Part shown: positions 12,225-23,139 of the stretch, in pieces
How the letters are laid out: each line of letters starts with the position of its first letter
Position numbering within the stretch: position 1 is the first letter of the stretch
NCBI RefSeq assembly: GCF_006345805.1
Contig: NW_021832329.1
Span: forward strand, 1-33,157
From: Octopus sinensis
Lineage: Eukaryota
Length of the DNA: 33,157 nucleotides
Direction: 5' to 3'
The notes under the pieces: model-generated
The model's input: only the letters and a program-made list of their open reading frames with translations
Database searches by the model: none
Told to the model about the DNA's origin: nothing
Program-made: the position numbers and the translations under genes

Positions 12225-13391
12225 GTTGTAGATTGGTTTACTTCTATTACTAATAAGGTTAACACTAAATTTATTCAGTTTGATATATCTAGCTTCTATT
12301 CATCAATCAACTCTATTATACTCAATAAGGCACTCTGGCATGCACACAATAAAGCAGGTCTCTCTAGAGAAGAAATTAGTGTGGTACTGGCTGCTAGAAA
12401 ATCATTCATCAAGTTCGATAACAAGTTGTGGGTCCAGAAGGATACTCCCAATGCGTTCGATGTCCTTATGGGGAGTACAGGTTCCGCTCAAATTTCTGAT
12501 TTGGTCGGAATATATATACTTTATGAAATGGCCGACCAGTTCCCGGACATCTGTGAGGGTCTATATCGTGATGATTGTCTGCTTTACCTCCAAAACATTT
12601 CAAATCAAAAAATACAGAAGGTTAAGAATAGATTGGTTAGGTTTTTTAGTAGAATGAGCTTTCACATCGTTTTTGACGATGTGTTAACTAAAGCTAACTT
12701 CTTAGATATTACTCTTAATTTACAAAATAACTCGTACTTCCCATACCACAAACCTTCCACAAATCTCAAGTATATGAGTCCTTATAGTAATCACGCTAGG
12801 GCAATTACTAAGAATTTAGTTAAAAACATTTCACTTAGATTATCTAAATTATCCGCCAATGTTGACATTTTTAACGACAAGGCAGAATTTTATAACTCTG
12901 CCTTGGTTAAAGCTGGCTATAAAGAGAAAGTGACATACATTGATTCTGCTCAATCTCGTCCTTTATCTACTGTTCAAGACAAAAAATCTAGTTGTAATAA
13001 TAAGAGTGATTTTAATTCTAATATTGTACACAACAAAAAACATAATAAAATTCCTTTACGGAGTAAGGGAGGCAAGCGTTATTTAAGCTCATTTTTTCAC
13101 TCTAGAGGTATTTCACCTACTTATAAAGATAATACCACTTACAATTTGAATGTTTCTAGGAAAACTATCTGGTTTGTAATTCCGTTTAGAAAGAAAATTA
13201 AATCGAATCTTCCTTTGCAATTCCGTGAAGTGGTTGGTAAGAACTTTCCAAAAAATTCTAGATATTATTCGATTATTAACTCTCATATAGTTAGAGTTGC
13301 CTCCTCCAACACAAAGAATCTTTCACAAATTATATCTTCTCACAATACCAATCTCCTAAATAAAAGTTCATTTCTGGAGTTCCAACATTAA
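12225..13391 (+). pseudogene. PLE reverse transcriptase, 5'-truncated; frame open from 12225, upstream of the listed 12381 start
   Basis: FIQFDISSFYSSI (motif A), FDVLMGSTGSAQISDLVGIYIL (motif B), GLYRDD (motif C), NFLDITLNL, YFPYHKP, WFVIPF. Confidence 0.9.
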
Positions 13392-13413
13392 TCTTGTTAA
13401 TTCCAACCCCTCA

Positions 13414-13428
13414 CATAATAACATAATA

Positions 13429-13466
<38 letters not shown>

Positions 13467-13542
13467 TAATGATAATAATAATAGTATTAATAATAATAAT
13501 AAGAGTATTATTAATAATAAATTAATAGTATTAACAATAATA

Positions 13543-13614
<72 letters not shown>

Positions 13615-13666
13615 TAATAATAATAATAATAATAATTATAATAATAATAATTATTATTATTATTAT
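13414..13666 (+). repeat. (AAT)n tract forming the RT-endonuclease linker (poly-Asn in the coding phase)
   Basis: Direct reading; variant triplets AAC, AGT, ATT, AAG, GAT, TAT; a few 1-nt phase slips. Confidence 0.9.
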
Positions 13667-13678
13667 AGCAATAAAAAC

Positions 13679-14110
13679 ATGGTTTTGGTCTCAGAGGACA
13701 ACCACAACAGAATTAAATTTATGTCTAATAATTCAAAGATCAAGAGTTCTATATACCAGTGTAAAATTTCTTGCGGTACCGATGTCTACTTCTACATAGG
13801 CGCATCCTCTTCCCAGTTATCTAAGAGAATTTCCAATCATTATTCATCATTTAGGGATAGCAGTAAACGCCATAGCACAGGGCTAAGTAAATTGGTTTGG
13901 CATCTTAAAGACAACAATAAAGACTTTAAGTTAGATTGGTTCATACTGTCCATATCTTTTCCTTACGATAAGGGCAAGAGATTTTGTAACATTTGCAACT
14001 TTGAACTCTTCCATATTCTCTTCTCTAAGAGTCACCTTATTAACACACTTATAGAGCGATCGTACAAATGTAAGCATTGGCAGAAACATACTTTTTACTC
14101 ATATAAGTGA
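13679..14110 (+). CDS. GIY-YIG endonuclease domain of the PLE
   Basis: IYQCKI...YFYIG, KRISNH, TGLSKLVWHLK, FCNIC, KCKH; all Cys codons are TGY, no in-frame TGA. Confidence 0.88.
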   Translation: MVLVSEDNHNRIKFMSNNSKIKSSIYQCKISCGTDVYFYIGASSSQLSKRISNHYSSFRDSSKRHSTGLSKLVWHLKDNNKDFKLDWFILSISFPYDKGKRFCNICNFELFHILFSKSHLINTLIERSYKCKHWQKHTFYSYK

Positions 14111-14375
14111 TTTCGTCAGTCTTTATTGTTTCAACAGTTAGTTTAACTTGCACTTTACTTCAATAGAGAAATCTACTTCTTAGCCTTTGAACATTTTCAA
14201 CCAATGTATCCCTCTTTATTTGTTCTCTACTTATTATTTCTTTAACCCTTCTCTTTCAAGTAACTGCATTTGACGTCAAATCTACTAACGGTTTTTGTAA
14301 ATACTTAATAACGTTCTGTTTATCATTTAGGCAGTCATCGTATTTGTTATAATGTCTTGTTGTTGAGATAGGCTC

Positions 14376-14470
14376 TCTTTCTTTCCTGATGAGAAGATTA
14401 CATTTTACACCGTTTATTCCTTTGGAATAAAATCAATTTTGCCTTCGAAACATATGTCGAAAGTAAAAGA
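14376..14470 (+). ncRNA. Minimal type I hammerhead ribozyme in the PLE pLTR
   Basis: Stem I ctttc(14381-85)/gaaag(14459-63); core CTGATGA 14386-92; stem II gaag/cttc; GAAA 14447-50; stem III C-ATAT-G (palindromic loop); GUC cleavage triplet 14456-58. Confidence 0.88.
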
Positions 14471-14656
14471 AATTTAATAACATCTTCGTTCAATTCCATT
14501 CATTTACTTATACCACACAAATTACTGCACATTAACCCGGAGTTTCTACCTTTGAATAGGTCGCTTCATCCGTGTTACTTGCGTGAATTTTGCTATCCTG
14601 GTAACTGTTTATTGAATTTTCCAAGTGAACGGTAAACAAAGGATAATCATTCATCC

Positions 14657-14850
<194 letters not shown>

Positions 14851-15385
14851 ACACACGTACATATATGTATTAGCAGGTCAAAACATTGAAGTCACTGTCA
14901 ACAACATTCTTGTTTAAGAACAATAAATTTGCCCTCTACAAAAGTGATTAACAGATCACATAAAATTGTTTTTATTATAACTGAATATAAAAACAAACAT
15001 TAATATAAGCAGCTCTGTTCCGAAGTGAGTGTTTTCGTAACATTTACTGAAAACAGGAAAAATGCAGCTACATTCACTACACTTCTCAATGAAAAGCATA
15101 CCGATACCTACCAAAAAACGTTACCGTAACAAATTAAAATTCTTTTCAAAACACCTTTCCAAAACAATCTACCGCAAAAACCTAATTATCAGCCCACTCA
15201 AATCAACACACTCTAAAATGATTCTGAGGCTATATGTGTATGTATGTATGTATGTATGTATGTATGTATGTATGTGTGTGTATGTATACATGCATACATA
15301 ATGCATATATATGCATGATATATATATATATATATATATATATCATGCATATATATGCATTATGTATGTATGTATACATACATAC

Positions 15386-15431
<46 letters not shown>

Positions 15432-15458
15432 TGTGTGTGTGTGTGTGTGTGTGTGTGT

Positions 15459-15735
15459 GGAGGCGCAATGGCCTAGTGGTTAGGGCAGCGGACTCGCCCA
15501 GACCGGGCGTTGTGAGTGTTTATTGAGCGAAAACACTTAAAAGCTCCACGAGGCTCCGGCAGGGGATGGTGATCCCTGCTGTACTCTTTCACCACAACTT
15601 TCTCCCACTCTTTTCTGTTGGCCTGCTCGCTTAGCCGCGGGGGGGTGGCGTCATTTGAAGGCTTAAAAACAATGCGAACGCATTGTGACCAGCGATGTGT
15701 AACAACATTAGATTGCCTGGTCGGTCACGTGATGG
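15459..15735 (+). mobile_element. SINE family C variant: B-box deleted, different 3' tail
   Basis: Head matches 4921 onward but lacks tggtcataggatcgcggtttcgatt; diverges from the 4919 copy after tttct(c)ccactctt. Confidence 0.8.
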
Positions 15736-15745
15736 TGATGATATA

Positions 15746-15809
<64 letters not shown>

Positions 15810-15827
15810 ATATATATATATATATAT

Positions 15828-16374
15828 AAATGATGCGGTAAATAAACTGTCGTCTAAATTACGCAAAATGACAATAACACTGACAAAATTACATAAAAAT
15901 ATCTTGAAATACTAAAGAGTAAATTTATTCAATAAAATCGCCATTGGCTTTAACCACGACCTTCACACGACATCGGAATCTTCTGCAACTCTTCTGAAGG
16001 TATGCCTCTGTGTGGAGTGTGAAGCCATGTGGGAAGATGAATGGCGGCATAACGTCGCCATCACTAGTGATCACTCTAAACACCATGATGTTGACTGGAT
16101 GTTTGATTTTTATCACTCGGATTTCAGATGTCCTCAGATTGACACCCAAACACTCTGAAATGTTCGTATTTGGAGCTTCCGGTGCGAATGCCAAGCAGTA
16201 CAGCATGTCGTTTCCACGTTTCTGGCAGAGTGAGTTGTATCTTGATGCTGTTTTTCTCACAGACGATGCCCAACTGACCCTACAGTACTGTGTAGTTGAC
16301 AAAATCCAAAACAGACAATGTACATGCGCGAAATTAGAATTTAAAATTGCGACAATTTATCATTGCACCTTGTG
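15828..16374 (-). mobile_element. Tc1/mariner (maT/DD37D-like) internally deleted element set in (TA)n
   Basis: Minus-strand peptide KHPVNIMVFRVITSDGDVMPPFIFPHGFTLHTEAYL joined directly to the C-terminal SCRRFRCRVKVVVKANGDFIE; degenerate TIRs (tgcggtaaataaactgtcg vs tgcaatgataaattgtcg); TA-rich flanks. Confidence 0.75.
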
Positions 16375-16385
16375 TATATATATAT

Positions 16386-16444
<59 letters not shown>

Positions 16445-16489
16445 TATATACAGAGAGAGAGATACATACGTTTGTAAATTTGTGTGTGT

Positions 16490-16523
<34 letters not shown>

Positions 16524-16613
16524 CTGTGTGTGTGTGTGTGTATGTAGAATGCTGGAAAGTGACACACCAGTTGGTATGTATAAGTAAAAAAGACAAGGTG
16601 GAAAGTACTAAAA

Positions 16614-16814
16614 TAATTTTGTCATGAAATACATTTTGTAACGGTTAGTACCGGTTTCTGCCTTTTCGACTTTTTCAACTGAGTAAAACAAAAGTGTATA
16701 CTAATTGTTTTTTTTTTTAATTAATATCTACCTTTGTTTTACTCTTAGTTGGAATAAGTTTAAAAGACAGAAACCGGTACTAACCGATACAAAATGTATT
16801 TCATGATAAAATTA
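16614..16814. repeat. ~200-bp foldback (MITE-like)
   Basis: aattttgtcatgaaatacattttgtaacggttagtaccggtttctg pairs with 16768-16813 (2 mismatches); inner arms (caact..gagtaaaacaaa) also pair. Confidence 0.85.
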
Positions 16815-17636
16815 ATTTACCATTTGCTACCTTTTCTTATTTTCCGTATATGTATATATATATGTGTGTGTGTGTGTGTATGTGTGTATACATACATATA
16901 TGTGTGTATATATATACATACATACATGCATGCATATATACATACATATATGTACATATACATCTTTATATATTAATATATGTATATGTGGTATGTATAT
17001 TTGATGGGTATGTGAGTGTATATATACATCCATATATTTATGAATATACATATCTATGTGTATATGTGTATATATGCATATAGATAGATAGGTAGATAGA
17101 TAGATAGATATCAATGTATTTATATATAATATGTATATATGCATACGCATATATACATATATACATTTATATATATATAGGTATGTAAATATGTGTTTAT
17201 GTATCTATGATTGTATGCACGTAAGCATGTGTCTGTCTGTGTATATCTGCATGTGTATGTATGTACGTACGTATGTATGTATGTATGTATGTATGTATGT
17301 ATGTATGTGTGTGTGTGTGTATGTATGTATGTATGGATGGATGGATGGATGGATGGATGGATGGATGGATGTATGTATGTATGTATGTATGTATGTATGT
17401 ATGTATGTATGTATGTATGTATGTACGTACGTACGCGTGCATATGTATGTGGCATGTGTGTGTATGATTCCGCTTGTAAATCAAACCCGAAACAACATTT
17501 CATGTTTTGTGTTTTTACTAAATTTGTTTTATTGAATTTCCTGCACTCCTGTAATTAAAGAGCATTTGTATTCAATTAACTCTAATTACATATTTCATAC
17601 CATGTCTGTCGGTCAATGAAACACTGAATGAATGAA

Positions 17637-17667
<31 letters not shown>

Positions 17668-17881
17668 ACAAACAAATACATAAATAAATAAATAAACAAA
17701 TAAATAAATAATCATTTTTTCATCTCTACGAAACGTTACGAAGGTAAACACATGAGTAGAAACAAGAAAAAGGACTTCTATACGATTTCGAAATATAAGA
17801 CTTAACCACGAATTGTAGAAATATCAATTCGTCCGTCGGAGCGACGATGATCATTAGCCATCTTTAAGGTTGACAGATGAC

Positions 17882-18170
17882 TCACAAGTTGGCTTTGTTT
17901 AAAGTGAAGAACAGTTGTGTACTGTCAACATTACTCTCTTGTCCGGGATCATCTTCAATCCAGTCACAAGACCAGGCCAAGATGACTGGGGATAGAGACG
18001 GATGCAGTAGATGTGGATGACCAAGATATCTCTCTTGTCTCGTTTTCCTCTCTGCATTCCACATTATGTTGCTGCAGCCACCTTCCCATTCGTTGAACCA
18101 TGAAAGTTTCTTGCGCAGAGTCCGCCGAATCCAGTTTTCACATGCATAGGCAGGGAAGCCTTAATATGTT
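17882..18170 (-). pseudogene. Possible RTE-type LINE RT C-terminal remnant
   Basis: Open minus frame with YACENW...KKL...RQERYLGH, resembling YGCETW...RLRWFGH; weak and internally deleted. Confidence 0.4.
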
Positions 18171-18504
18171 ATTAACATATATCTGGGACCCTGACATGTA
18201 CTAATACTCCGAATCAGAGTAGATCTAGGAACAATAGGGGCTAAGAAGTGATTCCACACTCTCGTCAAAACGCTGTAACTACTGAACCACTACTGGATGC
18301 AATTTGAAGTCAAGTAAGTACAAATATAGCAGTGCAATAGTTAACCGTCATCTGACGATGGGTAACTTCGGAAGTATACTTTTGCCACGCTGGGTAATAT
18401 CGCAAAACATCATCTATACAATAATCAAAATTTAACTTTTATCAAATTTCTTGGTGCTTATATTTATAGAATGATGAAATGAATACTAATTTTCAATTAG
18501 GTGT

Positions 18505-18882
18505 TAGCTTGCTTCCTAACTACATGGTTCCCGGTTCAGTCCCACTGCGTGGCAATTTAAGCAAATGTCTTCTACTGTAGCCTGGAGTTGACCAAAGTCT
18601 TATTAGTGGATTTGGTAGACGGAAACTGAAAGCCATTTGACTGCGGCCATGCTGGAGCACCGCCTTTAGTCGAGCAAATCGATACCAGGACTTACTCTTT
18701 GTAAGCTTAGTACTTATTCTATCAGTCTCTTTTGCCGAACCGCTAAATTACGGGGACGTAAACACACCAGCATCGGTTGTCAAGCGATGTTGGGAAACAA
18801 ACACACAAACACACACACACACACACACACACACATACGCACACACACACACATACATACATACATACATACATACATACAT

Positions 18883-18915
<33 letters not shown>

Positions 18916-19108
18916 ACACACACACACACACACACACACACATTTTTATATATATACATACATATATATATACGACGGACTTCTTTCAGTTTCAGTCGGC
19001 TCGAGGCTATAGTAGAAGACACTTGCCTAAGGTGCCACACTGTGAGACTGAACCCAGATCCATGTGGTTGGTAAACAAGCTACTTACGACGCAGCCGCTC
19101 CTGCGACT
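18505..19108. mobile_element. SINE family B: + strand head (18505-18630) joined to a near-complete minus copy (18634-19108) with internal microsatellite
   Basis: Collinear with 29620-30140. Confidence 0.75.
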
Positions 19109-20347
19109 AAAACAAATTCATCATTTGTATATTTGCAATAGATATATATTCTTTCATCTTTTACTTGTTTCATTCATTAGACTGCGGCCATGCTGGTGCA
19201 CCGCTTTGAAGAATATTTTAGTCGATCGAATCACTCCAGCACTTTTTCTTGTTTAAGCCTGGTACTTATTCTATCATCGTGCTAACGATTCATCCCGCGC
19301 GCTGCTTATAACATGGTAAAATATTATATAACAGCTCCATTGCTCTTTTTTATATATTTTTTTCTGACGAAAAGATTTGCTTGAAACGTTAGTATTTAAG
19401 TAGCCTCTCCACTGCAAAACGAATCCATTGCAAATCTGCGAATTATAATTTTACATAACATCGTATTTGTTAGAGAACACGTTTGCCACCACAGACACCC
19501 AATCCTACCCATTACCTAACTCAATAAAGTAAACAGCACAAAGGAAGTTTAGATAATTACGAACTTCTGTTTTTTTATTATTGTTGTTATTTTAAATTTC
19601 GCTCGTCAGCAACCTCGAGTTAACTCCCCGCAAAGGTTAGAAATAATTAAACGATAAGAAATGTTTATTTTGCGTTTATAAAACCACACTTCTATTCGTC
19701 GTAGTATTATTATAGGAGTATTTTTATGTCAGATTTTTCTAATCATTTTTTCTTTTATTTCTGAATACCGTCGTTGGTCTGTCTGTTTATCTAACCGAAT
19801 GTTTGCGTATTTGTCTGTCTGCTGGTACCTGTATTTTACTTTAAAACAATCAACTGCTTACAAGAGGAAACAAGCTGTGAAAAGCAAGCAACGGCTACAA
19901 GAATGACAAAACAGAGAAGATTTACACTAAAGGGAGATAAGCAAATGAACGGAAATTAACGATGTGCTAATTCGGATGCAGTTGTTAACAGTAAAATAAA
20001 TCAATCTGCCAACAAATAAATTGGTAAGAAAAATAATAATAAAATTCCAGAGACAGAGAGAGAGAGAAAGAGGGAGAGATAGAGAGAAAGAGGGAGAGAT
20101 AGAGAGAAAGAGGGAGAGATAGAGAGAAAGAGAGAGTGAGAAAGGAGAAGCATTAACAGAAATATGTAAATAAATAAATATTGTGTTAGGGGAAGAAAAT
20201 AGAAAAAGGAAGAGAAGAACGTTATAAGAAGAGTGAAACGAAATAGACGCGAAATAAAGTTTAACCAGAATGATTAACTGAGAAAGTGAAAACCCACCGT
20301 CATTGTAGCTTCTTCGCATTTGTCACCCTTGTGGCAAATAAAAGAAT

Positions 20348-20544
20348 TCATCATCATCATCATCATCATCGTCATCATCATCATCATCGTCGTCGTCGTC
20401 GTCGTCGTCATCATAATCATCATCATCATCATTACATCGCCGTCACTGTCGTCTTTGTCTTCGTCGTCGTTCGTTGTTGATGCTGTTGTTATTGTTGCTG
20501 ATGTTGTTGCAGCTGCTGTTGTTGTTGTTGCTACTGCTGGTGTT
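20348..20544. repeat. Compound trinucleotide array (TCA)n(TCG)n...(TGT/TGC)n
   Basis: Direct reading. Confidence 0.9.
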
Positions 20545-20700
20545 AAGTAGCGAGCTGGCAGAATCGTTAACACACCGAAGAAAATGCTTGGTGATATTTC
20601 TTCCGGTTTAACGTTCTGAGTTCAAATGCCACCGAAGTTGACTTTGCCTTCTTGTCCTTTAAGGGTCGATAGAATAAGTACCAGTCAAGTAATCGTGTTG

Positions 20701-20743
<43 letters not shown>

Positions 20744-20975
20744 GAAGGCGGCGAGCTGACAGAGTCGTTGGCACGCCGGGCAAAATGCTTCGCGGCATTT
20801 CGTCCGTCTTTGCGTTCTGAATTCAAATTCCGCCGAGGTCGACTTGGCTTTTCATCCTTTCGGGATCGATAAATTAAGTACCAGTCAAGTACTGACGTCA
20901 ATGAGATCGACTTTCCCCACACACTAAAAGAAATTTCAGGCCTTGTGCCTATATTAGTAGAAAGGATTATTATTA

Positions 20976-21044
<69 letters not shown>

Positions 21045-21260
21045 TAAGGCGGTGAGCTGGCAGAATTATTGGCACGCTGGACGAAATGCTTATCTGTATT
21101 TCAACCGTCGCTACGTTCTAGGTTCAAATTCCGCCGAGGTCGACTTTGCCTTTTATCCTTTCGGAGTCGATAAAATAAGCATCAGTGAAACACTGGAGGT
21201 CGATGTAATCGACTAGTCCCCTCCCTCCAAATTCCAGGTCTTGTGCTTATAGTAGAAAGG

Positions 21261-21262
<2 letters not shown>
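20545..21262 (+). mobile_element. Three head-to-tail SINE family A copies separated by (ATT)n
   Basis: Heads at ~20545, ~20744 and ~21046. Confidence 0.85.
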
Positions 21263-21303
<41 letters not shown>

Positions 21304-21544
21304 TATTATTATTATTGTTGTTGTTGTTGTTGTTGTTGTTATACTCATTTTTTACTTCCATTCATATAATAGTATTGTGAGAAGGATGGTGGCTGTTCGG
21401 GATACAGGGAAAAAATCAATAATAAAAACAACAGCAACAATAATAACAACAACAACAAAAAAAAAATTGTTTGCATCGTATTGCTATTGACTGTCGTTAG
21501 ATTTGATCCTACCCGTATCCTAAAATTTCCCACCGAATACAAAC

Positions 21545-21910
21545 TATAGGGGATGTAAGACGTGCGGAACGAAGCGATCAGCAGATTTCGTACATTAATT
21601 GGATTTTCAAAGTGAAATCAATACTATGGTGATAGAGGTGAGTGGGAGACTGGCCGGGTGTTAGTAACATCGCTAGTGACATAACACACCCGTGAGGCGA
21701 ATGTTCTCCGTGATGGGCACACTAAAATCGAACTGACTTAGTCAAGACTCGCGGAAATGTAAATTTCCCCCTCGTCCATATCGGAAATGTATGAATTTGT
21801 TGCTGGTAATCCGAAAGAACGAGAGGAAGTATTTTCAAGGTAAAACCGGAAGTGTGATTTGATTAGCGGCCATTTTAATTAAGTTTGTACTGGTCAGCAG
21901 TGGCTGAGAG
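21545..21910. promoter_or_regulatory. Candidate housekeeping-type promoter or first-exon region
   Basis: ACCGGAAGTG (ETS consensus, 21845-54), further CGGAAAT and GAGGAAGT motifs, GCGGCCATTTT (YY1-like, 21866-76), CpG-rich versus flanks; ATG GTG ATA GAG|GTGAGT at 21626-21643. Confidence 0.45.
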
Positions 21911-21990
21911 TCATATAGCTATCGTTAGTGACGCAGATATCATCTAATGAATAGATATAGTGCTTTATGGTGTGTTTGCATGTGTGTGTA

Positions 21991-22031
<41 letters not shown>

Positions 22032-22152
22032 TGTGTGTGTGTGTGCTTGCGTTTTACGCGTTGACGAATACGAGTGTTGAGAGATGGGATTGTGTATGAT
22101 TAAGTATTCCTGTGAGTATGTGTGAGAGAGTGTGAATGTGTGTATGTGTGTG

Positions 22153-22183
<31 letters not shown>

Positions 22184-22268
22184 CAGAGATTCATCTTAGT
22201 ATGCATGTTTCTACGCATTGTGTGGGAGAGAGAAATAGTATCTGTATAAGCATGTGTATTTATATAGA

Positions 22269-22365
<97 letters not shown>

Positions 22366-22413
22366 GATGTACATATCTATAATATATATGTGTATATTAT
22401 GCATATAGCATTT

Positions 22414-22446
<33 letters not shown>

Positions 22447-22590
22447 TTGTGTGTGTGAATATGTGTATTTAAACGTTTTGTGGAAATTGTTATAATCTTG
22501 AATCATTTGTTAGCAAAAGCTTACTGTTATCGGCGTCGGTTTTGTTTACGTCACCATAACTTTGTAGCTCGGCAAAAAGAGACCGATTAG

Positions 22591-22916
22591 CTCTTGACAA
22601 GAGATGCATGTTAGTCTTTTACATCTACCAGGCTCGTTCGTATTACCCTGAGTTGCTGGATAATTTTCTGTTCCTTTAAGAATATTGTAGAACGGAAACT
22701 TTTCATAGAATGGAATTTAAATCTTAATCTTTATAGAAATTTATTCTTTCAAAAAAACATTGAATTTGAATTACTTTTAATTTTTACGATTATAAATAAC
22801 AACTCGGTCTGTACCTTCTGAGCCCGAGTCAGACGCGTGTGAACGATGTCGAGAGAACGTCTGCTACGATATTTTTTGATACAGGGCACCTCTAAGACGA
22901 CCGCCAGACGCTGAAC
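22591..22916. repeat. Orphan ~325-bp repeat, copy 1 (interrupts a SINE B)
   Basis: High identity to 25770-26092; begins with the palindrome ctcttg-a-caagag. Confidence 0.9.
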
Positions 22917-23139
22917 GAAAATATGTGCTGGAGTCGATTTGTTCCACAAAGCCTTCAAGGCGGTGCCCCAGTGGCCGCAGTCTAGTGACCGAAACAAGTA
23001 GAAGACAAAAGATGAATGATCTATTCTATCAAAAGGGTGGTAATCGCCATTTTTTAAATAAAAAAATTAATGATTTTTGTATATGAGCCATACATTTTTT
23101 TTAAATTATAAAAAAAAGATTATGGGTTTCAAGCTTTGG

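Larger units (their letters stand above)
12087..14512 (+). mobile_element. Penelope-like retroelement (Naiad-like), 5'-truncated, bounded by inverted pLTR segments
   Basis: RT plus C-terminal GIY-YIG endonuclease; ~128-bp inverted repeat (12087-12215 vs 14387-14512); hammerhead motif in the 3' repeat. Confidence 0.92.

Noticed and set aside
13679-14385. Selenoprotein or SECIS, as reported for some Naiad PLEs
   Set aside because: No in-frame TGA in RT or EN except the terminal stop; all Cys positions use TGT or TGC; no convincing SECIS seen
12087-14512. A-to-I editing as the cause of differences between the inverted arms
   Set aside because: Substitutions are mixed in type and direction, including transversions
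20274-20573. Poly-His, poly-Thr, poly-Met ORFs
   Set aside because: Frames of a compound trinucleotide microsatellite next to a SINE
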